A program made the position numbers and the translations under genes. A stretch of DNA of 32,000 nucleotides from Mycobacterium tuberculosis H37Rv (lineage in GTDB: Bacteria > Actinomycetota > Actinomycetes > Mycobacteriales > Mycobacteriaceae). Positions 1-8,384 of this stretch are shown one piece after another. The stretch's first letter is position 1; each line of letters begins with the position of its first letter. The stretch spans positions 2,400,001 through 2,432,000 of the forward strand of contig NC_000962.3 in assembly GCF_000195955.2 (NCBI RefSeq), read 5' to 3'. The notes below the pieces were generated by a model that had not been told where the DNA came from, searched no databases, and saw nothing but the letters and a program-made list of their open reading frames with translations.

Positions 1-328
1 CCAATGTCAGTGCCCCGCCCGGCAGTTCGCGGCCATCGCCGACACCCTCGGGCAACTCGGTGACGTTGGCAGGCAGGTTGGCCACCGCCCAGTGCCAGAA
101 CCCGGACAGGGTGGGGGCATCAGGGTCGTAGACGGTTACCGCGAAGCTGCGGGTCTCGCTGGGAAATCCCGACCACCTCAGCTGCGGACTGGCATCCGCC
201 CCGCCCGCACCCATGATCCCGCTGACCTGGGGTGTAGCCAGCGGCTGCCCATCGGTGATCGAGGTTGACGTCAGGCTGAAGGACGGCAGCTTGGGCAGCG
301 CGGCATACGGGTCGGGTGAAGTTGTCAT
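1..328 (-). CDS. PEBP/YbhB-family protein (Rv2140c/TB18.6-like). Only the N-terminal part is in the window.
   Basis: Not in the ORF track because it runs off the edge. Hand translation of the minus strand from the ATG at 328-326 gives [86 protein letters not shown]..., with the YDPDAP and GFWHW motifs typical of bacterial PEBP/YbhB proteins. The frame is open to position 1. Confidence 0.85.
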
Positions 329-375
329 GGTCAGTCCTCTCGTGTGATCGACGTTGCGACTAGCCTCGTTTTCGA

Positions 376-1722
376 CTAGCAGTGTGTCAGCAAGTGCGTT
401 AGCACCTCGGTGCCGAACCGCAACCCATCGATGGGTACCCGCTCGTCGACGCCGTGGAACAACGAGGTGAAATCCAAGTCCGGCGGCAAGCGCAGCGGGC
501 TGAAGCCAAAGCACCGAATACCCAAGCGCGCGAACGCCTTCGCGTCCGTTCCACCGGACAGCATGTACGGCACCGTGCGACCGTCTGGGTCGACCGCCAA
601 CACCGCGGCGTTCATGGCGGCGACCAGATCACCGTCGAAGGTGGTCTCATATGATGGCAGATCGCTGACCCACTCCCGGGTCACGTCGGGTCCGATCAGC
701 GCGTCGACTTCGGCCTCGAACGCCGCCCGGCGACCCGGAAGCACGCGGCAGTCCACAACTGCCTCCGCGGTCGCCGGGACGACGTTGGCCTTGTATCCGG
801 CCTTGAGCATCGTAGGGTTCGCGGTGTCATGTAGCACTGCCTTCAACATGCGGGCCATCGGGCCAAGCTTGTCGATCGTCCCGGCCAGGTCCGGCGAGTC
901 AAGGTCGAAGGCCAGTCCGGTCTCCTCTCCGACTACGGCCAAGAACTGGGCGACGGTGTCAGTGCAGACCAGCGGAAACTGGTGGCGCCCTAGGCGAGCG
1001 ACCGCCTCACAAACGGCGGTGACCGCGTTCTGGTCGTGCACCATCGAGCCGTGCCCAGCCCGGCCGCGTGCCGTCAGCCGCATCCACTGGATGCCCTTCT
1101 CGGCGGTTTCAATCAGGTACAGGCGACGTTCGCCACCATCGTGCCGGGGCACGGTTAGCGAGAAACCGCCGACTTCACCGATTGCCTCGGTGATGCCGTC
1201 GAACAGATCGGGCCTATTGTCGACCAGCCAGTGCGACCCGTACTTGCCGCCGTGCTCCTCGTCGGCAACGAACGCGAACACCAGATCCCGTGGCGGCACG
1301 ATAGCGGCCTGACGAAGGTGGCGGGCAACCACAATCATCATGCCCACCATGTCCTTCATGTCGACCGCGCCACGACCCCAGACGTAGCCGTCTTCGATGG
1401 CGCCGGAAAACGGGTGCACACTCCATTCGGCCGGTTCAGCCGGCACCACATCGAGATGCCCGTGGATCAGCAGCGCGCCGCGAGAACTATCGGCGCCCGC
1501 CAGCCGGGCGAACACGTTGCCGCGGCCGGGCGCACCGGATTCAACGTATTCAGGTTGGTAGCCGACTTCGGCGAGCTGCTCGGCGACCCAGCGTGCGCAC
1601 TCGGCCTCACCCTTGGTGGTCCCGGGTTCGCCACTGTTGGTGGTATCGAACCGGATTAGCCTGCTGACGACCTGGGCGACATCATCGCTGTGGTCGCTTG
1701 AAGCCCCGGTCTCATCTGTCAC
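376..1722 (-). CDS. M20-family metallopeptidase (ArgE/DapE/CPG2-like; Rv2141c-like).
   Basis: The track ORF is 376..1740. The translation contains HGHLDVVP and [10 protein letters not shown], the M20 metal-binding motifs. I prefer the GTG at 1722 because GGAAAGG sits 5 nt upstream, but the GTG at 1740 is also possible. Confidence 0.9.
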
Positions 1723-1780
1723 AGTCACCTTTCCTACCACTCGTAACCCTGGCGAGCCGATCGCCCCTGGCGCGCCGGGC

Positions 1781-1928
1781 CCGCGTCGTCGCCGAGCTGG
1801 ATTTGCTTACGTGGGCTGATTGCCTGGCTCCTCCTCACCCCGTTACCCGGGGCGCATCGTCGCCGAGCTCGATTTGATTGCCCGGCTCCTCCTCACCCCG
1901 TTACCCGGGGCGCATCGTCGCCGAGCTA
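1781..1928. repeat. Tandem 58-bp minisatellite (MIRU/VNTR type). It has one 70-bp variant unit, one 58-bp unit and a 19-20-nt partial unit.
   Basis: Unit 1851-1908 reads ggcgcatcgtcgccgagctcgatttgattgcccggctcctcctcaccccgttacccgg. It restarts identically at 1909-1927. Unit 1781-1850 is the same apart from point differences and a 12-nt insertion after atttg. Location and unit length match my memory of the Mtub30 (VNTR 2401) locus. Confidence 0.85.
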
Positions 1929-1986
1929 GGTTGGGCCGGTGCGGGGCAATCCGATAGCCTTAGCTGCCAGCCCCGGTGGTTGGTTG

Positions 1987-2072
1987 GTCCGAGTGGCGGA
2001 ATGGCAGACGCGCTAGCTTGAGGTGCTAGTGCCCTACTAATGGGCGTGGGGGTTCAAGTCCCCCCTCGGACA
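1987..2072 (+). tRNA. tRNA-Leu, anticodon GAG, class II with a long variable arm. No CCA is encoded.
   Basis: Hand-folded. Acceptor stem gtccgag (1987-1993) pairs with ctcggac (2065-2071), discriminator a at 2072. Anticodon stem ctagc (2013-2017) pairs with gctag (2025-2029), loop ttGAGgt, anticodon at 2020-2022. Variable arm is gccc/gggc. T arm is ggggg-ttcaagt-ccccc. Confidence 0.9.
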
Positions 2073-2103
2073 CAACTTCTTAGCTCTATAGATCAAAACC
2101 AAG

Positions 2104-2120
2104 CCTTGACCTCGTCAAGG
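2104..2120. terminator. Candidate hairpin between the convergent tRNA-Leu and parE2.
   Basis: ccttgac-ctc-gtcaagg forms a perfect 7-bp stem with a 3-nt loop. It lies in a stretch of about 43% G+C (hand count of 120 nt). There is no clear U-tract. Confidence 0.3.
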
Positions 2121-2192
2121 ACTAACGTTATGAGTTTGCTCATACCAACGATGGTCATCTCGTTGATGTCCTAATACCTAAGAACTCACCGA

Positions 2193-2510
2193 TCACTCGA
2201 AGGTGCGGCCAGAGATCTCAGCCTCGACCGCGTTCGGGTTCTCCATTCCGTGCCGAACAGCCAGTATGTCGATAGCCTCGTCGGTCGTCCGATAGGCAAC
2301 GTAGTACCTGAAGGGCCGGAGGTAGATGTGTCGATAGTGCTTGAATAACGGCGCAAACGCGTTCGGAGCCTGCGGAATCCGCTTCGTCACGGCATCGACA
2401 AACAAGTTGTAAAGCCGATCGATCTGATCTGGCGCCGCGTCCGCGTAGTAGGAAAACGCCTCGAATAGGTCGTCTTCAACCCCGTTATGGACGCGCAGCC
2501 TGCGCGTCAT
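2193..2510 (-). CDS. parE2: ParE-family toxin (ParE2, Rv2142c-like), 105 aa.
   Basis: The ORF translation has the RelE/ParE-like size and C-terminal signature (IDILAVRHGMENP). Its ATG overlaps the stop of the upstream antitoxin ORF by 4 nt (ATGA at 2507-2510). Confidence 0.9.
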   Translation of the reverse strand: MTRRLRVHNGVEDDLFEAFSYYADAAPDQIDRLYNLFVDAVTKRIPQAPNAFAPLFKHYRHIYLRPFRYYVAYRTTDEAIDILAVRHGMENPNAVEAEISGRTFE

Positions 2511-2722
2511 CCGAGCCGGGCGCGGATCCGCTTGTCGAAGTCATCAATGGTGGACCAATGAGCATCGTCGGTGTCATTGGCCCGCGCTTCGATGAGCGCC
2601 TGGTTGGCCTCGCTGATATGCATGCCCTCGGCTAGGTTTCCGTTGATGTGCTCGACGAGCTCAATCTGCTCATCACGCGACAGTGCGTCGACGCTCGCCA
2701 GCAATGCCCGGTTGACCACCAC
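2507..2722 (-). CDS. parD2: ParD-family antitoxin (ParD2), 70-71 aa.
   Basis: A small acidic ORF sits immediately upstream of parE2 and is translationally coupled to it. There are tandem GTG codons at 2722 and 2719. Confidence 0.85.
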   Translation of the reverse strand: MVVNRALLASVDALSRDEQIELVEHINGNLAEGMHISEANQALIEARANDTDDAHWSTIDDFDKRIRARLG

Positions 2723-2839
2723 TCAACGATACCCAAGGCAGCCAACGCCGGCAGCGCAGCATTCGGAGGCCAGGCTGAACTTCAAGCTGGCAGGTGTCAT
2801 CCGCTCAGTTGAAAGACCTCAACCCGGGTCGCAGGTGGC

Positions 2840-2858
2840 CAAGTCCCCCCTCGGACAC
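2840..2858 (+). repeat. Direct repeat of the tRNA-Leu 3' end (att-like). Its partner is at 2055-2073.
   Basis: caagtcccccctcggacac occurs identically at 2055-2073 (T-loop through acceptor 3' strand of the tRNA) and at 2840-2858. The distal copy continues with ca (acacca overall, a CCA-like end). The roughly 20 nt before it are degenerately similar to the tRNA T-arm region. Confidence 0.8.
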
Positions 2859-2925
2859 CACATGTGACGGGTCGAAGACGAGGCACGCCGCGGACGACTT
2901 CGAGGGTAAGCAGCCGTATCCCGGG

Positions 2926-3205
2926 GAGGCCTGCCATGACCACTTCTGGGCCTATGGCAGCTAGCAAACGTCATGAATGGAAGCGCCACCATATGCCGGC
3001 GATCCGACGTTCGAGCGTTTGCGGCGCTCGTTTCAGCCAGCCGATCTACTGCCGGAACTGCAAGCGGCAGGAGTGCATTACACAATCGCTGTCGAGGCGG
3101 CGGACGATCCGGCCGAGAATGAGTCTCTGTTGGCCACTGCGCGCCACCATGATTGGATAGCGCGCGTGATCGGTTGGGTCCCACTCGCCGATCCGGATGA
3201 GGTTA
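2926..3205 (+). pseudogene. Relic of an amidohydrolase-2 (PF04909-like) gene, broken by a frameshift or stop. Its distal part is read as the N-terminus of the next ORF.
   Basis: One frame reads ...GEACHDHFWAYGS then TAG (2926-2964), which resembles the N-terminal metal-binding D-x-H-x-H-F-W signature. The frame starting at 2977 continues with [65 protein letters not shown], which matches my memory of the next conserved block of that family. Confidence 0.4.
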
Positions 3206-4035
3206 CCGAGAGCTCGACGCACGGGCGGCACCGCCCGGACGCCTCCTGGCGACGAGATCTGCGGTGCCCCGGCCTGCTGCCGCCCGGGTGCCACCAGCCA
3301 GTCTTGGTCGTAGGCTTGGTAGGTCAGCAGCCGGAAATGCGACCGATGAATCCACCAAGTGGTTTTCTCCGGCGGACGCCGACCCGCAGGTTTCGCGACC
3401 GCCGCGATGCTGGTCGCGTATTGGCCGACGAACTTGCGTCCTATCGCGGCAGGGACCGGTTGCTCGTCCTCGGCCTTGCCCGCGGTGGCGTCCCCGTCGG
3501 CTGGGAAGTCGCGTCGGCGCTAGGCGCCGAATTGGATGTATTTCTGGTTCGCAAGCTCGGCGTGCCGCAGTGGCGCGAGCTGGCGATGGGCGCGTTGGCC
3601 AGTGGGGGCGGGGTCGTGATGAACGACGACGTGGTTTCCAGCTTGCGCATCACCGACCAGCAGGTGCGTGCGGCGATCGACAGCGAGACGGCAGAGCTGC
3701 AGCGGCGCGAGCTGGCGTATCGCGGCGGACGCCCTGTCGTCGATCCGCGCGCCAGGATCGTGATCCTGGTTGACGACGGCATCGCCACCGGCGCGAGCAT
3801 GCTGGCGGCGGTGCGCACCATCCGTGCCACCGGACCGGAGTCGATCGTCGTCGCGGTCCCGGTCGGTCCGGCCACAGCCTGCCGCGAGCTCGCGGCGGAA
3901 GCCGACGACGTGGTGTGCGCAACCATGCCGGCAGCGTTTGAGGCCGTCGGCCAGGTCTATAACGACTTTCATCAGGTCACCGACGACGAGGTCCGCGAGC
4001 TGCTCGCGACGCCAACCACAGGCGCAGCGACCTAA
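2977..4035 (+). CDS. Phosphoribosyltransferase-domain protein (Rv2143-like). The 352-aa ORF looks chimeric, and the PRTase domain proper starts near the ATG at 3337.
   Basis: The C-terminal 230 aa begin [10 protein letters not shown]...[15 protein letters not shown]...[13 protein letters not shown] and carry the PRPP-binding motif [14 protein letters not shown]. Residues 80-120 are low-complexity and frame-noise-like. Confidence 0.75.
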   Translation: MEAPPYAGDPTFERLRRSFQPADLLPELQAAGVHYTIAVEAADDPAENESLLATARHHDWIARVIGWVPLADPDEVTESSTHGRHRPDASWRRDLRCPGLLPPGCHQPVLVVGLVGQQPEMRPMNPPSGFLRRTPTRRFRDRRDAGRVLADELASYRGRDRLLVLGLARGGVPVGWEVASALGAELDVFLVRKLGVPQWRELAMGALASGGGVVMNDDVVSSLRITDQQVRAAIDSETAELQRRELAYRGGRPVVDPRARIVILVDDGIATGASMLAAVRTIRATGPESIVVAVPVGPATACRELAAEADDVVCATMPAAFEAVGQVYNDFHQVTDDEVRELLATPTTGAAT

Positions 4036-4164
4036 CGAGAGGATTCTCGTGAGGTGACTGGGATGGTCAGGATGCGTGGTCGAGGGTCTAGATCCGGAGC
4101 TGGGCGACAAACCACCCGATAACCTCCCACGACGCCCCTACCGAGGTCGGTGTCGCTGACGACC

Positions 4165-4521
4165 CTACTTGGCGCTGTCGTCGCTTCGGTCCGCCGATAC
4201 CGCCGACTCCTCGGTCGCTTCGCTGGCCTCCTCCGATGGCTCCTCACTGCCGATGACACCGGCGTCGACGGCTTGGCTCTCCTCGGGGGCTTCCTCCGGG
4301 TAGTCGACGTCGGCTTCCTCCGCGACACCCGTTTCCCCAGCCCCATCAGCTTCGTCCGCGCCACCTTGCTGGCGTTCTCGCAACGCATCGACGATCAGCA
4401 ACGCCACACCCAGCACGCTGGCCCCGATGCATACCCAGGCCACTAGCTGGTTGCTGGTGACCACCGCGAACACCAAGGCCAGGAGCCCAATCAGGGCCAA
4501 GACCAGCGCAATGATCAGCAT
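4165..4521 (-). CDS. Small membrane protein with an acidic C-terminal tail (Rv2144c-like), 118 aa.
   Basis: Two hydrophobic segments at the N-terminus (LIIALVLALIGLLALVFAVV and VAWVCIGASVLGVALLIV) are followed by an E/D-rich tail. Confidence 0.7.
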   Translation of the reverse strand: MLIIALVLALIGLLALVFAVVTSNQLVAWVCIGASVLGVALLIVDALRERQQGGADEADGAGETGVAEEADVDYPEEAPEESQAVDAGVIGSEEPSEEASEATEESAVSADRSDDSAK

Positions 4522-4584
4522 CGGTCATCCTCCAACCGGCTAGCAGCGACTGCCCAACCTACCAGGATCTGGCTGCCGACCTCG

Positions 4585-4609
4585 AAAACTGGCGCGTGTC
4601 CGGCACGCC
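4585..4609 (-). terminator. Candidate intrinsic terminator after wag31.
   Basis: On the minus strand, ggcgtg-ccgga-cac(gc)gcc forms a 6-bp stem with a 2-nt bulge. It is followed 3 nt downstream by UUUU, seen as aaaa at 4585-4588 on the plus strand. It begins 6 nt after the wag31 stop. Confidence 0.35.
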
Positions 4610-4615
4610 TGGTGG

Positions 4616-5398
4616 CTAGTTTTTGCCCCGGTTGAATTGATCGAAGCCACCGGCATCCGCATTGGAATCGACCGGCGCCGCCGATCCACGCTGGCCGAGT
4701 TCCTCCAGCTGCGATTCCAGGTAGGTCTTGAGCCTGGTGCGGTACTCACGTTCGAAGGTACGCAGCTGCTCGAGGCGGCCTTCAAGCACCGCGCGCTGCT
4801 GGTTGATGGTTCCCATGATCTCGGAGTGCTTGCGTTCCGCATCGGCCTGTAAGGCATCGGCCTTCTCCTGCGCCTGGCGCAACTGGGCCTCGGATCGGGA
4901 TTGGGCATCGGCCAGCATGGCATCGGCACGCTGGCGGGCCTCGGCGACCGTGGCGTCGGCGGTGTGTCGGGCCTCACCGAGGATCTGCTCCGCATTGGCA
5001 CGGGCATCGGCCAGCATCTTGTCCGACTCGGCTTTGGCGGTGTTTGTAAGCCGGTCGGCGGTGTCTTGGGCCAGACTCAGCACTCGCGCCGCCTTCAGGG
5101 CCTGTTCCTCGTTCATCCCCGCCGAGACCGCCGCCGGCGCCGGCTTGCCCGGTTCGGGCTCATACGCCGGGATTGCCTGGGTGGCCTGCGGCGTAACGCC
5201 GGCACCGCCGCCCGCGGCGAGCTCTTGATCCAGCTCGTTGATCCTCTGACGCAGATCGGAGTTCTCTTCGATCAGGCGGGTCAGCTCGTTTTCCACCAGG
5301 TCGAGGAAGGCGTCGACCTCATCTTCGTTGTACCCACGTTTGCCGATAGGCGGCTTACTGAACGCCACATTGTGGACGTCGGCAGGTGTAAGCGGCAT
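4616..5398 (-). CDS. wag31: DivIVA-family polar growth and division scaffold Wag31, 260 aa.
   Basis: The N-terminus [35 protein letters not shown] is the DivIVA lipid-binding domain. It is followed by long coiled-coil sequence. GAGGGG lies about 8 nt upstream of the ATG. Confidence 0.97.
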
Positions 5399-5665
5399 TG
5401 TTTGTCCCCTCGAGTTCCTGGACGGTCAAACGATCTGGAAGTGTAGAACGGAGTGGTAGCCGTGGTGCAACTACCGTCCATCCTGTCACACCAGACTCGG
5501 CGGTTGCCGATTGGACTAAGTAAATAAGGACCAATTTCAAACTCTAAGACCAAATAAATCACAATCCTTAGATTTGAAATCGTGCGCGCCAAACTTGTCC
5601 CCAAATCGTGGCCGAACCGTCTCTCAATCCTCGTCATGCACCCGGCCGTGTGACCGCGCCGCGGC

Positions 5666-5956
5666 TCAGGCCGCAGCACCAAACGCCAGTTGCATACCGA
5701 TGAACGCAACCAGCAGCAGCACCATGATCGACAGGTCGAACCGGACCGCGCCGATCGTGAGTTGCGGGATCAGCCGGCGCAGCACCTTCACCGGCGGATC
5801 AGTGATCGACATGATGATCTCCAAGATCACCACGGTGACACCGGTGGGACGCCAGTCACGGCTGAACGAGCGGATGAACTCAACGACGACCCGAGCGATC
5901 AGCAGCAGCCAGAAGATGAACAGCGCGAACCCAAGGATCTGAAAAAACACCACCAA
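5666..5956 (-). CDS. YggT/YlmG-family integral membrane protein (Rv2146c-like), 96 aa.
   Basis: Hydrophobic YggT-like sequence in the conserved position between sepF and divIVA. I prefer the TTG at 5956. The 32-aa upstream extension to 6052 is Arg/Ser-rich and does not look like coding sequence. Confidence 0.8.
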   Translation of the reverse strand: MVVFFQILGFALFIFWLLLIARVVVEFIRSFSRDWRPTGVTVVILEIIMSITDPPVKVLRRLIPQLTIGAVRFDLSIMVLLLVAFIGMQLAFGAAA

Positions 5957-6117
5957 CGAGAGCCCCGACCTTACTGAGGAGGATGAAGAAATGTTGCGTC
6001 GCCACCGATGCGGGCGGCAACGCCAGCCTACCGACTCGGGTGGCGTGCCCACATCTCATGGCGGGCCACGCCCCGCCCAGCGTGGATGCCCAATGGGTCT
6101 ACAGGCGACCGTCGCGT

Positions 6118-6843
6118 CTATTGGTAGGCGTAGAACCCGGTTTCGGCGATCCTGCGGCGCTCCTCGGGGGACACATCGACGTCTGCAGGCGAGAGCAGGA
6201 ACACCTTGGTCGCGACCTTGTCGAACGAGCCGCGCAGCGCGAAGGCCAGGCCGGCCGCGAAATCGACCAGCCGCTTGGCATCGGCGTTGTCCATCGACAC
6301 CAGATCCATGATGACCGGGCTGCCGTCGCGGAACCGCTCACCGATGGTGCGAGCCTCGCTGTAGTCCTTGGGCCGCAGCGTGGTGATCTTCGAGAGCGGA
6401 TGGCCATCCTCGAACATCATCGCCATCCGGCGGGGGTCCATCGCTAGCGCGCCGCGGGTGGAGTTGCGCAGCCACGATCCGAAGCGCGGCCGTGTCATCT
6501 CCGCGCGGTCGAACTCCCGGGGCCGGAAACGTGGTTCGTCCGCGTACCCGCCGCGATATCCCGGTGGTGGATAGTCGGCCGGCTCACCGCGCAGGTCACC
6601 GCGTGAATCGCTGCGCGCGTCGTCGTAGTCGCGCCCATCGTAGCGGCCGTAGTCGTCGTCGAATCGGGGCCGCGCATACCCGCGCGAGGGAGCGCGGTCG
6701 TCGTAGTACTCGTCGTCGTAATCCTCCATGGGAGCCATACCGAAGTAGGCCTTGACCTTGTGCAGTGTGCTCATTGCGTGACCCCTTCTAGCCCTGGGAG
6801 ATCTGTTGTCTGTGATGAAGGTGTGACTACAGTGACTATTCAC
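6118..6843 (-). CDS. sepF: Cell division protein SepF (YlmF). The functional start is probably the ATG at 6774.
   Basis: The C-terminal SepF domain is present ([28 protein letters not shown]...). [13 protein letters not shown] is the typical N-terminal amphipathic helix. The longest ORF starts at the GTG at 6843, overlapping the upstream stop as GTGA. Confidence 0.93.
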   Translation of the reverse strand: MNSHCSHTFITDNRSPRARRGHAMSTLHKVKAYFGMAPMEDYDDEYYDDRAPSRGYARPRFDDDYGRYDGRDYDDARSDSRGDLRGEPADYPPPGYRGGYADEPRFRPREFDRAEMTRPRFGSWLRNSTRGALAMDPRRMAMMFEDGHPLSKITTLRPKDYSEARTIGERFRDGSPVIMDLVSMDNADAKRLVDFAAGLAFALRGSFDKVATKVFLLSPADVDVSPEERRRIAETGFYAYQ

Positions 6844-7616
6844 GGTGACCGTAACCGCCGCGGACCCAATAGCGCGGTACCGACACGCACACAGGTCGAA
6901 CCATGTTTGACGGCGACTTCAAGGTCGTTGGACATGCCCGCCGACAGACCGATCGCGTGCGGGAACATCGCACGCACCCGGTTGTGCTCCGATTGCAGCC
7001 GGTCAAAGGCCTCGTCCGGGTCCCAATCCAGCGGCGGAATGCCCATCAACCCGACCAGTTCGAGGCCCTCTGACTCCTGCACCTGCGCGCAAATCCGGTC
7101 TACGGCGCCGGGCGTCGTGCTGTCGACGCCGCCCCGGGATCCGTCACCGTCGAGGCTGACCTGGACGTAAACCCGCAGCCGCTCGCCACGACGGTGTTCG
7201 GCCAGCGCCGCAACAACCGCCCGATCCAGCGCGGTCACCAACCGCGAGCTGTCCACCGAGTGAGCGGTGTGCGCCCAGCGAGCCAGCGACCCGGCTTTGT
7301 TGCGTTGAATCCGGCCCACCATGTGCCAGTGCACACCCCCCGAGTGACCCAACTCGGCAGCCGCCAACAACCGATTAAGTTCGGCCATCTTGGCTGAAGC
7401 TTCCTGTTCGCGCGATTCGCCAACGGACCGACAACCCAATCGAAACAAAATCGCAACATCGGTTGCTGGAAAGAATTTGGTAATCGGTAGAAGTTCAATT
7501 TCGCCGACATTGCGACCCGCCGCCTCCGCGGCCGCCGCAAGTCGCGATCGCATTGCCGCCAACGCATGCGTCAATTCCGATTCGCGGTCTGGATACGCCG
7601 AAAGATCCGCCGCCAT
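6840..7616 (-). CDS. YggS/YlmE-family PLP-binding protein (alanine-racemase N-terminal fold; Rv2148c-like).
   Basis: The translation contains [10 protein letters not shown], the PLP-lysine context, and has YggS-like length. Alternative starts are the ATG at 7625, which forms an ATGA overlap with the yfiH stop, and 7634. Confidence 0.88.
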   Translation of the reverse strand: MAADLSAYPDRESELTHALAAMRSRLAAAAEAAGRNVGEIELLPITKFFPATDVAILFRLGCRSVGESREQEASAKMAELNRLLAAAELGHSGGVHWHMVGRIQRNKAGSLARWAHTAHSVDSSRLVTALDRAVVAALAEHRRGERLRVYVQVSLDGDGSRGGVDSTTPGAVDRICAQVQESEGLELVGLMGIPPLDWDPDEAFDRLQSEHNRVRAMFPHAIGLSAGMSNDLEVAVKHGSTCVRVGTALLGPRRLRSP

Positions 7617-7621
7617 CGCGG

Positions 7622-8374
7622 TCATTCCATCCACACCAACGACGCGAACCGTCCGGTGGGCGCATCGCGGCGGTGGCTGAACAACGTCGGATCGGCCACC
7701 GTGCAGCGGGGATCGACGTCGATAGACTCAACACCCAAATCGCGGAGCTGGCAAGCGATTCCGGCGCGCAGGTCGACTCCGGGAGTGCCGGCAGCGGTGG
7801 TGGTGCGGCTGCCCGGCAACGCCGCCTCGACCTCATCGGCCATCGCTGCGGGCACTTCGTAGTTGCGACCACTGACCGCGGGACCCAACAGTGCCGAGAT
7901 GTCGCGGACCTGGGCACCCAGGCTCAACATCACCTCCAGCGCGCGAACCACCACACCGCGCTGCGCGCCTGCCCGACCGGCATGAACCGCGGCGGCGATA
8001 CCGGCCCGTGCGTCGGCCATCAGCACCGGCACGCAGTCGGCGGTCACAACCGCCAGCGCCAATCGGGGTGTAGCGGTCACCAATCCGTCGGTGTCATCGA
8101 GTGCCGTATTGCGCGGCTGGTCGACCAGCTCGACCCGATCCCCGTGCACCTGGTTCATCCACACCACTCGGTTGCCGGGCAGTCCGATGGCTGCGGCCAG
8201 CCGAGCGCGGTTTGCCGCCACCGCGGCCGGGTCGTCACCAACGTGGTCGCCGAGGTTGAAGGTGTCGAACGGTGGGGCCGACACACCACCTGCCCGGGTG
8301 GTGGTGACCCGACGGATGCGAACACTCACGTTCCCAGTATCGCCGCGGGCGATGTGCCGCGTACTGGCGAGCAA
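7622..8374 (-). CDS. yfiH: YfiH/YlmD (DUF152, PgeF/laccase-domain) protein, Rv2149c-like.
   Basis: DUF152 motifs are present (TADCVPVL, AVHAGRAG). I prefer the TTG at 8374. The longest ORF, to 8428, would overlap the ftsZ 3' end. Confidence 0.88.
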   Translation of the reverse strand: MLASTRHIARGDTGNVSVRIRRVTTTRAGGVSAPPFDTFNLGDHVGDDPAAVAANRARLAAAIGLPGNRVVWMNQVHGDRVELVDQPRNTALDDTDGLVTATPRLALAVVTADCVPVLMADARAGIAAAVHAGRAGAQRGVVVRALEVMLSLGAQVRDISALLGPAVSGRNYEVPAAMADEVEAALPGSRTTTAAGTPGVDLRAGIACQLRDLGVESIDVDPRCTVADPTLFSHRRDAPTGRFASLVWME

Positions 8375-8384
8375 GCCGATGCTC

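Noticed and set aside
356-381. A direct 8-mer repeat, cgactagc, occurring twice between the PEBP-family gene start and the peptidase stop.
   Set aside because: It is too short to distinguish from chance, and no associated structure or motif was recognised.
2074-4100. The idea that parDE2 plus the orphan PRTase form a novel tRNA-linked defence system.
   Set aside because: The two are on opposite strands and are separated by the att-like repeat and a decayed gene. There is no integrase, nuclease, reverse transcriptase or other partner. A remnant islet next to a pseudogenised neighbour explains the arrangement better.
5957-6052. An ATG-initiated extension of the YggT-like ORF (128 aa).
   Set aside because: The extension is Arg/Ser/Trp-rich (MGTPPESVGWRCRPHRWRRNISSSSSVRSG), unlike a membrane-protein N-terminus. 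The 96-aa form from the TTG at 5956 matches the family size.
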